Position numbers and translations under genes: made by a program. The notes under the pieces were generated by a model, which was given only the letters and a program-made list of their open reading frames with translations, did not search any database and was not told where the DNA came from. DNA of 63,254 bases, filler included, from Octopus bimaculoides (taxonomy: Eukaryota), in NCBI RefSeq assembly GCF_001194135.2. It is 5 parts of 5 records of this genome, joined end to end, with 100 filler letters (N's around TTAATTAATTAA, not from the genome) between each part and the next. Parts side by side here need not be neighbours in the genome. Positions count along the whole stretch, not along the records: positions 31,626 to 40,434 come from NC_069007.1; positions 40,535 to 61,627 come from NC_068982.1; 3 more parts are not named here. One strand, written 5' to 3'. Below, one piece after another: positions 36,837 to 49,700 of the stretch; positions within the stretch are counted from its first letter, which is position 1; the number at the start of each line of letters is the position of its first letter.

Positions 36837-37503
36837 TGCTCGTATATAAACATTCTTATTCTCTTAGATTATGAAACATCTTCCCGTGTAAAGATAAGAG
36901 AAAATGCATATTGCATTTCATTGATACCGAAGTGGAACAAACTTCAACGATTTTGAAATTATTCAGAAAGCAGCTTATCACAATTAAAGATTGCGTTCTT
37001 TACTTTTCATGAAAAAAGAAACCCCTTGAACTAAAATAAATTAGTCCAATTAAAATAGATATTCATATTATCAGCAAGAATATACTAGATAAGATAAAAG
37101 CGGAAATTAAGCTAGCAGAATATATCAGATTTTCCACTTCTGTTATTAATCGGAGAATCCAAACCTAATGAAGCAAGCTATAGCTACGTTCTGTATAAAA
37201 TTGGTAAATATTATTCCTAGGTTATTGAACTTTAATGAATGTTCGCAGATTTATTTCGAAATTTTGATAAATACAGGCGCAGAGCTGGTTGTGTTTTGTG
37301 AAAGAAAAAATCGCTCTGTGATTGTGTTGTATCGCGTTCACTCCTACTCTGCGGCACCTTGGGCAATAATCTTCTGCAGCCCAGGGCGGGACAAAGTCTT
37401 TTGAGTGAATTTAGGAATCGGAAACTGCGTGGAAGCCCCTTGTATATATATACATGTGTGTGTGTGTGTTTGCTTCTGTGTGTGTGTTTGTGTGTGTACG
37501 TGG

Positions 37504-37541
<38 letters not shown>

Positions 37542-40015
37542 CTGTGTGTGTCTGTATGTGTGCGTCTGGTTTGTATATATATAAATACGTATATATATGA
37601 ATATACACACACGCACGCGCACGCAAACACACACACACACACACACACACGCATATATATACATATATATATACATACTACAGAGTGTATACGCGAATAT
37701 AAAATCATTACCATATGTTTATGCGTATGTATATACATGTATGTATGTATGTATGTATGTATGTATGTATGTAGGTAGGTAGGTTGGTAGGTTGGTAGGT
37801 AGGTAGGTAGGTAGGTAGGTAGGTAGGTATGTGTGTATGTATATGTGTGTATACATATATATATACGTATAATATATATATATATATATNNNNNNNNNNN
37901 NNNNNNNNNNNNNNNNNNNNNNNNNNNNNNNNNNNNNNNNNNNNNNNNNNNNNNNNNNNNNNNNNNNNNNNNNNNNNNNNNNNNNNNNNNNNNNNNNNNN
38001 NNNNNNNNNNNNNNNNNNNNNNNNNNNNNNNNNNNNNNNNNNNNNNNNNNNNNNNNNNNNNNNNNNNNNNNNNNNNNNNNNNNNNNNNNNNNNNNNNNNN
38101 NNNNNNNNNNNNNNNNNNNNNNNNNNNNNNNNNNNNNNNNNNNNNNNNNNNNNNNNNNNNNNNNNNNNNNNNNNNNNNNNNNNNNNNNNNNNNNNNNNNN
38201 NNNNNNNNNNNNNNNNNNNNNNNNNNNNNNNNNNNNNNNNNNNNNNNNNNNNNNNNNNNNNNNNNNNNNNNNNNNNNNNNNNNNNNNNNNNNNNNNNNNN
38301 NNNNNNNNNNNNNNNNNNNNNNNNNNNNNNNNNNNNNNNNNNNNNNNNNNNNNNNNNNNNNNNNNNNNNNNNNNNNNNNNNNNNNNNNNNNNNGGAAGGG
38401 GGAGATAAATATGGAGCGTATTGCTTTTATTGTGCACAAATATTTGCAGTCATCCTCATCCTCATCATCATCGTCATCGTCATCACTCTGCCTCTCTTCT
38501 TCCTGTTCGTGTTATCTACTCGATAGATAACATCAACAACAACTACTACTATTACTACTACTACTACTACTACTACTGCTACAACGGCGACAATGACAAC
38601 AGCATCAACAACGACCTGACTATTAACGGACGTAATTGTACCGCCATGTTTGATGTCATTTCCTGAAAAAAGATTCGAATATTTGTCCGAGGCTGGCATT
38701 GTTATAGTTATTCCATCGTCCCCCACCGCGCCCCAGCCTCTCTATAAACACAATTCGCTAACCAACGTGATCGTCACTATCACTGCTATCGTAACAATCA
38801 TCGTCATCATCATCATCACCATCGTCATCGTCATCGTCATTATCGCCATAATCATCGCTATCATCCCCTCTCCGCCTCCTCTTCTACCTCCTCCTCTTCC
38901 TCCTCCTCCTCACCATCGTCATCATTATCATCATCATCGTCATCGTCATCGTCATCGTCGTCGTCGTCGTCGTCAGTACCGTTTCCATCGTCATCATCGT
39001 CATCATCTTCTACGTCATCGTCGTAGTAATCGTCGTCCCCCTCCTCCTTACCTCCTCCCTTCAACTCTCTCCTCTTCTTTTCAGCATCATCATCCACATC
39101 ATCATCATCATCATCATCATTTATCATCATCGACATCGTTATCTTCGCCCTCACAATCATCACTATAATCCTCATCAGCCTTCTCCTCTCCACCTCCTCC
39201 ACCTCATCATCATCATCATCATCATCTTCATCCTCATCATCATCATCCTCATCATCGTCGTCGCCATCATCATCATCTTCATCCTCATCATCATCATCAT
39301 CATCTGCAGTTGTACAAATGAATACATGTTCTTCATCAGTGGTGAAGTCCAGATATTAAATTCATTGTCGAATAAATAAAAATACCATGTTGTTGATGTT
39401 AAAATTCCAACGAAGAAGCCATCGAACTAGGTTAGAAACCGGTTCTTTCGCTATTGGCAAGAAATCTTGAAATAAAACTAAACATTGCCATACATAGCGC
39501 AGGTCACATAACTGATATCTTTCCGGAAAAAAAGAGCTTCTGGCAATATCACGTTTATACCATTCATTTCAGCTTGCAATAAACACAGATTTACAGGTTT
39601 CCCATATCTCTCCTGCTTAGTGTACACACCCATTTTTAATATGTTTCCCAAAGTTTATATACGAGATTTTCAAAAATGTGTACAATGTCATGTAATTTAA
39701 TTTTTGAAAAAAATGATCAAAGTATAACATATTGGTTGAGAATGAGTGTGAGCGGCAGAAGTACGGAATTNNNNNNNNNNNNNNNNNNNNNNNNNNNNNN
39801 NNNNNNNNNNNNNNNNNNNNNNNNNNNNNNNNNNNNNNNNNNNNNNNNNNNNNNNNNNNNNNNNNNNNNNNNNNNNNNNNNNNNNNNNNNNNNNNNNNNN
39901 NNNNNNNNNNNNNNNNNNNNNNNNNNNNNNNNNNNNNNNNNNNNNNNNNNNNNNNNNNNNNNNNNNNNNNNNNNNNNNNNNNNNNNNNNNNTATATATAT
40001 GGGGAGATAGATAGG

Positions 40016-40056
<41 letters not shown>

Positions 40057-40069
40057 GGATAGATAGATG

Positions 40070-40108
<39 letters not shown>

Positions 40109-40109
40109 G

Positions 40110-40160
<51 letters not shown>

Positions 40161-40434
40161 CCATACACAAATATATATGTACATGTAAAGTAATACATAC
40201 ACACACACACACACTCATATATGTGTGTGCGTCTGTGTGTGTGTATGCTTGCGCACGGGCGTATGTATGCATACATATATGTGTTTATACATGACTATAT
40301 GTGTATGCATATGTAGAGAGAAATATCGAAAAATATATAGATAACCGTATGTATATTTACAGACCTACCCACATACACACACATATATATACATATATAT
40401 ATATACATGCGTATATGTATATATATATATATAT

Positions 40435-40534
40435 NNNNNNNNNNNNNNNNNNNNNNNNNNNNNNNNNNNNNNNNNNNNTTAATTAATTAANNNNNNNNNN
40501 NNNNNNNNNNNNNNNNNNNNNNNNNNNNNNNNNN
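40435..40534. other. Artificial assembly linker
   Basis: 44N-TTAATTAATTAA-44N. Confidence 0.9.
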
Positions 40535-40914
40535 TCTGCATCTGTGAGTCTGGTATTTCTGAGGATATCTCTTCTAACATTTGCTAATCTGTTTTCATCC
40601 AGGTTTGGTCTGCTAGCTGGATTCCGGCTCCTCCAAATTCTGTAGAAGTTTGCGGTGTGTTTCTCTTGGGTTGGCCTACTTAATGCAAAGTAATAAGCGT
40701 AAATTACTTCTTTACATTCTTCCCGGTTCCATTTAATTCTTTTACATTTTTGATTTTGTGGTCGTTGTGGTGGTGAACTTTGGGGGCTTAATTTGGGACA
40801 AATCCCGTCTAAGTGACCTTCCAGGTTCGTATTCGGGGAATATATTCTGCTATTTGAAACTTTTTCGTCGTCAGGCTGACAGATTCCTGACAGGCGCGCT
40901 TCCATTATAACCAC
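40535..40914 (-). mobile_element. N-terminal region of an R4/Dong-like non-LTR element, cut by the linker
   Basis: Open frame 'KRIKWNREECKEVIYAYYFAL...NFYRIWRSRNP...LDENRLANVRRDILRNTRLTDA', the same motif type as at 10330-10560. Confidence 0.7.
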
Positions 40915-42739
40915 TGGACAAGCGATTTGGTGTACTGTTTGAATTTTTTTTTTTAAGTAAAGTTAAATTGTCGTCGTCAACGTCGGCGTTGTTGTTGTTG
41001 TTGATTTACTCCTCAAAGTGGATTATTTTTACTACAATGCATAGCTTTTGTATGAAACTTACTCACTTGCAGAAAGAATATTTTAAAATTGGAATCTTCC
41101 ACGATTTTACATTACACAAAATAAGATTTGATTGTTTCTAAACACATGGTCTCTTCACACACAAAAACATGGCTGCTAAAATTTCAATGCAAGACGAACA
41201 AAGAAACGTGATCATGGACAAAATGATGCAATTTACAAGAAAAAATAAAAGAGTTATAATTTAATTTCACAGCAAAATAATAGTGTGAGACTTGAACAAA
41301 TAAATTAATCTGTTAAGTACAAAATGTCAGTTTGAATAACTTGAGAGTTAATGTGGCCAAAAGCAATTGCTGCACTGCTGACACCTACATACATTTTGTT
41401 GCCAAATCTAAAAATGTTTCCGCTATTGCTTAAGAGTAAATACCTCTTTAGCAACCACAATAAAAGATTTGAAGTTTTTCAAGAATTTCAATGTTAGGCA
41501 CTTTTGCTTTCTAAATTCTTTCTCTTGTTACTAGATTGGATCAATGTAGGTGAAACACCTGAGGAAAATCTGTCCCTCTTCACCCGCCGACCAACTGTAT
41601 ACAATAGTGAGCAAAAAAATTATTGATCCCTTTACCTAAGAAATAGGGTCGTTTTAAATGCGCTCAAACAGAAAAGAAAGCAAAGAGGAGCCGCATCATA
41701 TATGAGACGAGAAATATTCTCTTTTGACGAGTACAAAATGCACAGAACAGCCTGCATCGATTTCAGACCAGAAACAATGCGTCAAACCAGGCGAAGATCC
41801 TGAGCTACAATACCCCAAGATATCGTGAAGAAAACTAAAAAGATAACCATCACGGTGATCGAAAACAATGATGATTAGTAACTTCCTGTCCACTTGCTCT
41901 TACGCTACGGATTTCATGTCAGTGTAACACAGTCGCAAGTGGTATGAGATCACGAGATAACAGATGAAATTTAGAAATTCAAAATAACACTTGTGTAATT
42001 AAACAGATCTATTGCAGTTGCGAAACAATCGAAATGGAAGAAATGCAATGGACCTTGTTGTACAAAGAATAAAATTTAGCTGCTAACTTGTAGAGGAGAA
42101 GAACATGTGAAGTAGTTATGCACTAAAACACGGAGAAGATAGAAAGACAAGAGATGAAGCAATAAAAACTGAAGTTGTCTACATTGCAGTTTTCCACAGG
42201 TCAGAGTTCCAGGGATGTCGAATAATATCACACTTTCATTACCATGTGATGAAGACACAAATACTCCATCCTTGGCTATATTTGCAAGGGATTTTTAGTT
42301 GGAATTGAACAGGTTAGTTTTCAAGAGCGAGTATCACCGACTGGAGCTCTGCTTAGCGAGAGAATCTATCTTGTCCTCAGCCGAGAAGCGGAAGAGCCCT
42401 CACCTATAAATTCAATAGTAGCACCCCTATCCTCTCACAATTGAAGACGGACGGCAGATAAAAACCTACTGGCAAAATAGTAAGAAAACCAAGGCTGAAC
42501 TCCAGCTAAATGCTTGTGAAGCACGATTAGAGGCTTTCAATTACAACACCATAAAATTATAAAATTCAAAAGAACAAGTAATAGGTAAACAAATTAATCT
42601 CTATGTGATATCTAGGGTATAACATTATTGTAGCTCTCATAAAACTGAGAGAAGAATTTTGTTATGACTAAAAATGGGAGTATCTAGGTGTAGGTTGTAT
42701 TCAGTCTAAATATTTACAAAATATATTAACGTCCTTACT

Positions 42740-42965
42740 GGCATGGTGGGAGGATTGTCAATGCATCGGGCGAAATGGTGAATGGTATTTCCTCCCAGGT
42801 TTTTACGTTCTTGGCACAAATCTCTCAGAGGTCAACTTTCATGTTCTTCTCTTCGGGATCGATAAAATAAAGTACTAGTTAAACACCCGGTTTGAAGTAA
42901 TTGACATGCTACCCCAACGCAAATTACTGGTCTTCCTCCAAAATGCGAAAGAATTATAGTATTTT
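42740..42965 (+). mobile_element. Degenerate SINE family A copy
   Basis: GGGCGAAATGGTGAATGGTATTTC...GAGGTCAACTTTCATGTTCTTCTCTTCGGGATCGATAAAATAAAGTACTAG. Confidence 0.7.
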
Positions 42966-43017
42966 TACCATCATCATCATTATTATTTCGGATGCACATA
43001 TGCATGCACGCACGCAC

Positions 43018-43050
<33 letters not shown>

Positions 43051-43128
43051 AATACATACATACATTAATACATACATACGTACATACATACATATGTACA
43101 TACATACATACGTACATGCATACATACG

Positions 43129-43159
<31 letters not shown>

Positions 43160-43839
43160 GTACATACATACATACATACATACATTCTTAGCCCTATTTC
43201 TCAAACATATAATGAAAAAATATTGAGGAAGTTTTGCGTACGAGATCATAATAAAATATTTGGCATTCATGAGGCTGATGGATTCGCAAAGTTGCCATAT
43301 TAACATATACTGTGATGTGCGAATTTTAAAATTAGAAGAGCTCACAGTTTTGTCGGTCTGATCACAGTTGATTTCTTAAAGAGAGCAACAGAGAAGAAAC
43401 AGAACCACCACTACAATAACATAGAGAACGAAGAAGATACCTGAGTATGAAACCTCTACATTACAAATGACTACGAATGGATGAAAGGGTAAGTGTGCAA
43501 TTTCCAGTTTTGAGCTCAAAAACTCGGAACAAATGCCGTGTGGCATTGTGTCCAAGTCTATAAGGAACTTGCTAAAAATGGGAAAGACTGAAAATTTGTT
43601 AGTGTATAACAAATAATTTGTGATCGGAAACGAGATGTGAATATTTGTGATGTTATTCGCCCCAAACTGTTTAACCAACACAATTCTAGACATGAACACC
43701 TCTCAAAATGTGAATGTGGCAAAACAAAGCCAAAAACAAACTAAGCTTTTGGCTTTCACACAACACCAGCCACTGCTACTACTTCAGTGCATAAATTCCT
43801 ATCATTGCTATCATCAACTCGCAAACCCAACGCAATGAT

Positions 43840-45900
43840 AATGTTGAATGTACAAGGTGTAATGTCTCTCACACATCACAAATAAAAAGAAAATAATTAT
43901 AGAACTTGAATAGAGAGGAAAGATAATATCGGTAGTACTAAGTGAAATACACGTAACTCCAGACATATTGGACTTGAAAGCGCATATATCAGGTTACATA
44001 TTAGACAGACTTGACAGCAGAATACGGAGACAAGGACGAGCATCTCTCTTCATCCGTAAAGACCTAGCAGCAAAAGTCCTCTTTTCTCACTCCAACACAG
44101 ATTGTGATACACTAATAAATAATACAGGCGATCAACCTCAGTTTGATCATAGGCATTGCCTGTCGTTCTCCTGATGCGTTTAATCATGGAAATCACTTCA
44201 GAGATGCTTTGTCGCTGATAAGTCAAACCCTAAGTGAAACCTACCCTCAAGCTATAGTATTTTTGACAAGGGACTTAAATTTTCTTAGTCTCACCTGTCC
44301 TGTTCGCTATATCCAACCTGAAACTAAACAACTTAACAGGAGAGTTATGGACACTCTCCTCGACACCACTAAAGACTTTTTTCATACCAAGTGGAAGAAC
44401 ATCAAAACTGATCCTCAGAAAACTGGTTTCAACATATTGACAACCTCACTGTTAACGGTGGATTTAAGTTACTGTACGAAGAATTAATTTAAATCTGTCG
44501 AAAGGATTACCTGATATAAACTCGACTATGCCTGCACGAACTAGATCCCACGACATAGACGGATACCAATGTGTAACAAGACCAAACTAACAAAACTAAA
44601 ACACCAATCCCTCTCTCAAAAGATGAGATAACGAAACAAAAAAAAATGAAAAGAGAGGACATTGAACTAGATTTTAAAATATCTTATGATAAAGAAATTT
44701 CGAATAATAAACAGAATGCAGAATATAAAGTATAATGTTGAGTTCTTTTTCGTTTTTTTGCAAAGCAAAAATCGTCTACACATAATCAGAGCGGCTCTCT
44801 AATAGATTATATACTAACGATTCATCACAAATATGAATACAACCTCTTAGATGAGACAACACGGTTTTCGGAGTGGGGGAAGTTGTCTGACATAGCTATT
44901 ACTCCACCATAACATTATTCTCAAAATTTTCGTGAGACACTGAAAACATATAGTATGATTTTGCTAAAACGTTTGAAAAGATTGATAAAAAAATCATCTA
45001 TTATAGGATAACAGACAACTCGGAAAATGACTCTTTTACAGGGGTGGAACAAATCTGCTGGTGCAAACGGTTTCCTCTTTGCAAGCCACTTGTAATAAGT
45101 GGTGTGCCTCAGGGCACGGTTCAAAGACCATTATCATTTATCATCACCCTATCAGCCAACTAACGAGCTACGCCAATGACAATACAGTATCAATGGCTAT
45201 TCAAATTCCAGAAGATGCAGTCACACTCCAAAATGAGTTAAACCTCGGGCAGATAAAAACAACATAAAATTCAATGCACACAAATCACATTATTTTTCAC
45301 ATTTGTCAGCTGATAACACAATGATTCAGAGCACTAATGACATATAGGACTTAGCAGTAATCATGTCAAATGGTGCGTCTTTTGTCAGCCACATCAGCGA
45401 ACTGACCTCTAAATGCCGACATCTCATATGGTGGATCCTACGAATCTTCCTGACAAAAGAGCCAATAGTTATTCTGATCTTATGACAAACATTAGTTCTG
45501 ACCAGAGCAGATTACTGCTTACAGCTTTAGTCTCATAGAAAAAAATTGAAGGGTTACAAAGAACGTTCACCAGTAAAATAATTGATTAATAGCCTTAATT
45601 CCTGACAACGTTTGAAAGGTCTGCGTCTCTACTCTCTTGACCACCGACGAAACTTCTGGAGGAGCATATTCAAAACTTCGTCATTAGAGAGAATTTTAAT
45701 GCTCGAACTGATAGATACTATTAGCTTTCAAATACATCACCGTCGAAATCAGAAGAAAAAGTAATCTATTGTGCCAATATGATATTTAGTTCAACTGCCT
45801 ACCTAAAGAAATCAAAAATATAAAACCTTTACTGGAAGATTTTCAAATACATTAAATAAATTAACAACGACCAGGTGAGCCAACTATTCAAATAAACACT
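43840..45900 (+). mobile_element. Heavily decayed APE+RT LINE (CR1/L2-like)
   Basis: APE-like 'HISGYILDRLDSRIRRQGRASLFIRKDL' and RT-like 'GVPQGTV' and 'SYANDNTV...EDAVTLQNELN'. Many stops. Confidence 0.75.
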
Positions 45901-47319
45901 CAATGAAGATCAGATGCTTCAAACTCATTCATAGACCAACTTCCAGGTAAGAAGCCACAACAAAACCAAAAGAGATACTCTAATGCGGTGCTCCAGCATG
46001 GCCGTAGTCCTATGACTGAAACCATGAAAAGAATAAAACAATAAATATATAAGTATTTTTTTGTATCACCTAAGTGTTCGTGCGTAGCGGTTACCGAAAT
46101 AACTCAGAGGTGGTGATGAATGATTCATTTTAGACAGATTCTTTGAGATACTTTATGATGAAATGCAATGATTTCACAACAATTAATTCCCTCATGTATA
46201 TCTTTGACGCTAACAAAAGTACTCGCTCAGAAACTGGCTGTTGAAAATATTGCGCAATACTAACATCTTCTAGCGAAGCAGACATAGATTGTAAGAAACT
46301 TTACAAATATTTCATTAAATACATATAATTAGAGCTAATTTTCCCTTTTACAATTTATTTTGTTTTTTATATTTTATTATTCTTTCTTCTATTGTTTTCA
46401 TTTTTCGATAATTGTTTTCTATTGCTGTTGAGCTATAGAAGCTGGAACTAATTATGGAAGTGCTTCAGTGTCTGAAAGATAATTATTTGCTTCCCAATAA
46501 TCCTGCTGTTATTGAAATATTGGAACCGGAAAATCGACTACTTACGCTAGGCTGGAGGACAGAACATTCTTTCTCAATTAAATACCCTAGATCAGAAATA
46601 CATTCAATTACATTCTTATTTATATTCATGTACTCTTATCTGATAAAATTATTCTTTGTTTTTGTGAAAGAATAATTATTCGGTGGAGTAAATCTGCATT
46701 GAGTTATACTTATATACTTGAAAATTTAAACTACTGGCTGTTACCAGCTACCAAATTTTATAGCTTGCTTCGAATACAAAACTTCACTAATCAAAAACAG
46801 CTAGGCGACTGAGTAAAAACATATTCCTATGGATGTTCTTTCACATTATCACCACAGGATTTCAGGAACTAATGTGGTTCGATCATAACTGTGATTTGAC
46901 AAAAATGACGTCTTACATTGCTGGAAGAATTTTACCCAACCCTACAATTTGGTGGTTTTAAATCAGCCTTGCAACTACAAAAGACATCAACCAAATCTCT
47001 TTAAAAGTCAGTATTTTTCACTCCATTTCGCCATGACATTTAGTGCTCATGTACCTCTTGCATTTCAAATATCTTTCCCGCTATCCTGAGCTGTACACCC
47101 AATAGGTAATACCCCCCCCCTCTCTCTCTCTCTCGTCGCAAACCGCTCTCTCCGTTGGGCTTAAACAACAGTATCATCGTATTGTATGAGGACCGCCACA
47201 TTCTGTTGGCAAATAAAATTTACTATTCAGTACTGTTACTGTATGTCTCTCGCTGAGAGGTTTTAAATAAATTTTATATATATACACACACATACACACA
47301 CACACATATATATATGTAC

Positions 47320-47855
47320 ATATGACAGGCTTCTTTCGGTTTCCCGCAACCAAATCCACTAACAAATCCTCAGTCGACCCAAGGCTATAGTAGAAGACAT
47401 CTGCCCAAGGTGTCGCACTGTGGCTCTGAACCCGGAAACGTGTGGCTGGGGAGCAAGACTATGGACCTGCTGGGGCACTGTCTTTTAGTAGTATGAATCG
47501 ACGCCAGTACTTTTTAGCTTGTTATTTACTATATGGGCCTCCTTTAGTAAACCATTAATTGATAGGAACGTAAACAAACCAACAATGGCTGTCACGCGGT
47601 AGTGGGAAGAAAACACAGGCACAAAGACGCACACACATAGACACACATAGAGACACACAGATATATACACGATGGGCTTTTAGTTTCCGTCTACCACACA
47701 AGATTTTGGTTGGCTCGAGACAATAGTAGAAGAAACTTTCCCAAGCTGAAACGCAATGGGACTGATCCTTGAACCATGTGACTGAGAACCAAGCTTCTTA
47801 TCTCGCAGCCTCGTCTGCACCTATAGCCACGCCTGCGCCTATATCCACTCTTGCG

Positions 47856-47911
<56 letters not shown>

Positions 47912-48400
47912 NNNNNNNNNNNNNNNNNNNNNNNNNNNNNNNACACACACATGTATGTATACATATATAATGTTAAAACAGAACAAATACTCTCTTCTAC
48001 TATTTTACTTGTTTCTGTCGTTTGACTGCCGCCATGCTGGAGAACCTTTAGTCGAGCAAATCGATCCGAGGACTTATTCTTTGTAAGCCTAGTACTTATT
48101 CTATCAGTCTGTTTTGCCAAACTGCTAAGTTAATGGGACGTAAACACACCAGCATCAGTTGTCAAACGAAAATGGGGGGACAAACACATACATATACACA
48201 AACATATACACACACATACATATCAATATATATATACATATATATGACGGGTTTCTTTCTGTTTCCGTCTACCAAATCCACTCACAAGGCTTTGGTCGGC
48301 CGGAGCCAATAGTAGAAGACACTTGCCCAAGGTGCCGCGCAGTGGGACTGAACCCAGAACCATGTGGTTGTTAAGCAAGCTACTTACCACACAGCCACTT
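47320..48400. mobile_element. Cluster of interleaved SINEs from two families
   Basis: Three minus-strand tRNA-headed copies (GGTTCAGTCCCACTGCGCGGCACCTTGGGCAAGTGTCTTCTA type; ~47325-47462, 47670-47830, 48247-48400) and two copies of a second family (~47480-47620, 47975-48180). Related pieces at 37340-37440 and 45985-46025. Confidence 0.75.
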
Positions 48401-48469
48401 CCTGGGGAACATTTCACAAAAACATTTTTAGTCGTCCTGCTTTTTACAACTTCTCCTACCTAATTTGAT

Positions 48470-49700
48470 GGTGTTAGGTTCAGAAATGCCCCAAGAAATT
48501 TTCCATCAGGTCAAGTTTTTTGTTACACAAGAATTCCTTTTTTTTTTCTTTTACCAAAAAATGTCAATTTTTGCCATTAAAAGCAAGTCTGAAATAAGAA
48601 ACTAGCACAAACCAAATAGTACTTTTTATTGTTTAACAGATACGTTACACCAAATGCTTAATTACACATCTTAGAATAGATGTTTCTGTCAAATTGGAGT
48701 CTGAGCTACTCAAGGAATGAACTTTCTCCTTGTTGCTTTATGTGAATAAATTGCATCATGACAGTCTCTTTGCAATGATCAGCAGTAGACAGCACCATGC
48801 TGGTGTTCCATCTGCCTTGATACCTAGTCCCCATGTTCTCGATGTCTTTGTGGAATCTTTATCCTTGTTCATCACTATTGCCTTAGGAATTTCAAGGAAG
48901 TAGTCCAGATGACTGTGCAGGAAATGTACATTTACACTCATGTTGCAGTCCAGTGCTCGCAAACTGGTTAACAAGGTCTGCATAAGATCTTCATAATTTG
49001 ATGGCTTCCCGTTTCTCAGGAAATCAGATACAACTGCAACAAAAGCATTCCATGCTTCTTTTTCAATGCCAGACATGGACTCCTAGAATACCTCGCCCTG
49101 CGATAATCACCTAATATGTGGCCCATCAAACACTATAACCTCATTTTTCTCACATGACAAAGCTGGAAACTTTCTGCTGAAGTATTTGAAGCAGTCTCTG
49201 TCTCAGTGTTTCAGCACACTATATGGGATGCCCAAGGTTTGTCTTGACACCTAGTCTCATGCTAAAGTAAGTAGGAAGTAGGGTAAGCTTTCTTCACAAA
49301 AATCTGTTATTTTGTTTCACTGCCTAATCCAGAAATATGCAGACGATATCGGGAATGTTTTTACATTCTCTTCTCTCACAACTGGCCATATCTCTGAAAT
49401 ATAAAACATGTTAAAGTCAGTTGTCAGCTGGGAAAAGTATTTTCAGAATAGTAAGCAAATGCAGACTTGTGATGGCAAAGTTCCATAAAGAGCATACCAT
49501 GAAGTTCTTTTTACAGTTCTTTGAGCATGCTCAATGAAAAGTGACTTTGACCCATGTGATCTCACAATCAAAACAGTAAGGGCACATTCAAAACACCAAT
49601 TTTTATTAAAAGAGTTCAACAAAACGTCATATATATTTTGCAATGACAATCACACTAAATTAAGCAAAGCGTGGGCATATCTGTAGATAGATTCTGCAAA
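48470..49700 (-). mobile_element. Decayed DNA transposon, probably CMC/Chapaev3-like
   Basis: 'EKEAWNAFVAVVSDFLRNGKPSNYEDLMQTLLTSLRALDCNMSVNVHFLHSHLDYF' matches the CNMS.K.HFLHSHLDFF transposase motif. The superfamily assignment is from memory. Confidence 0.6.

Noticed and set aside
38610-38648. CAAACATGGCGG start context encoding MAVQLRPLIV(R) as a candidate first exon of the DUF4062 gene
   Set aside because: The donor is weak (GTCGTT), the intervening SSTF.D exon was not found, and it lies across an unsized linker.
47325-48400. tRNA-like B-box sequences
   Set aside because: These are SINE heads with no complete cloverleaf.
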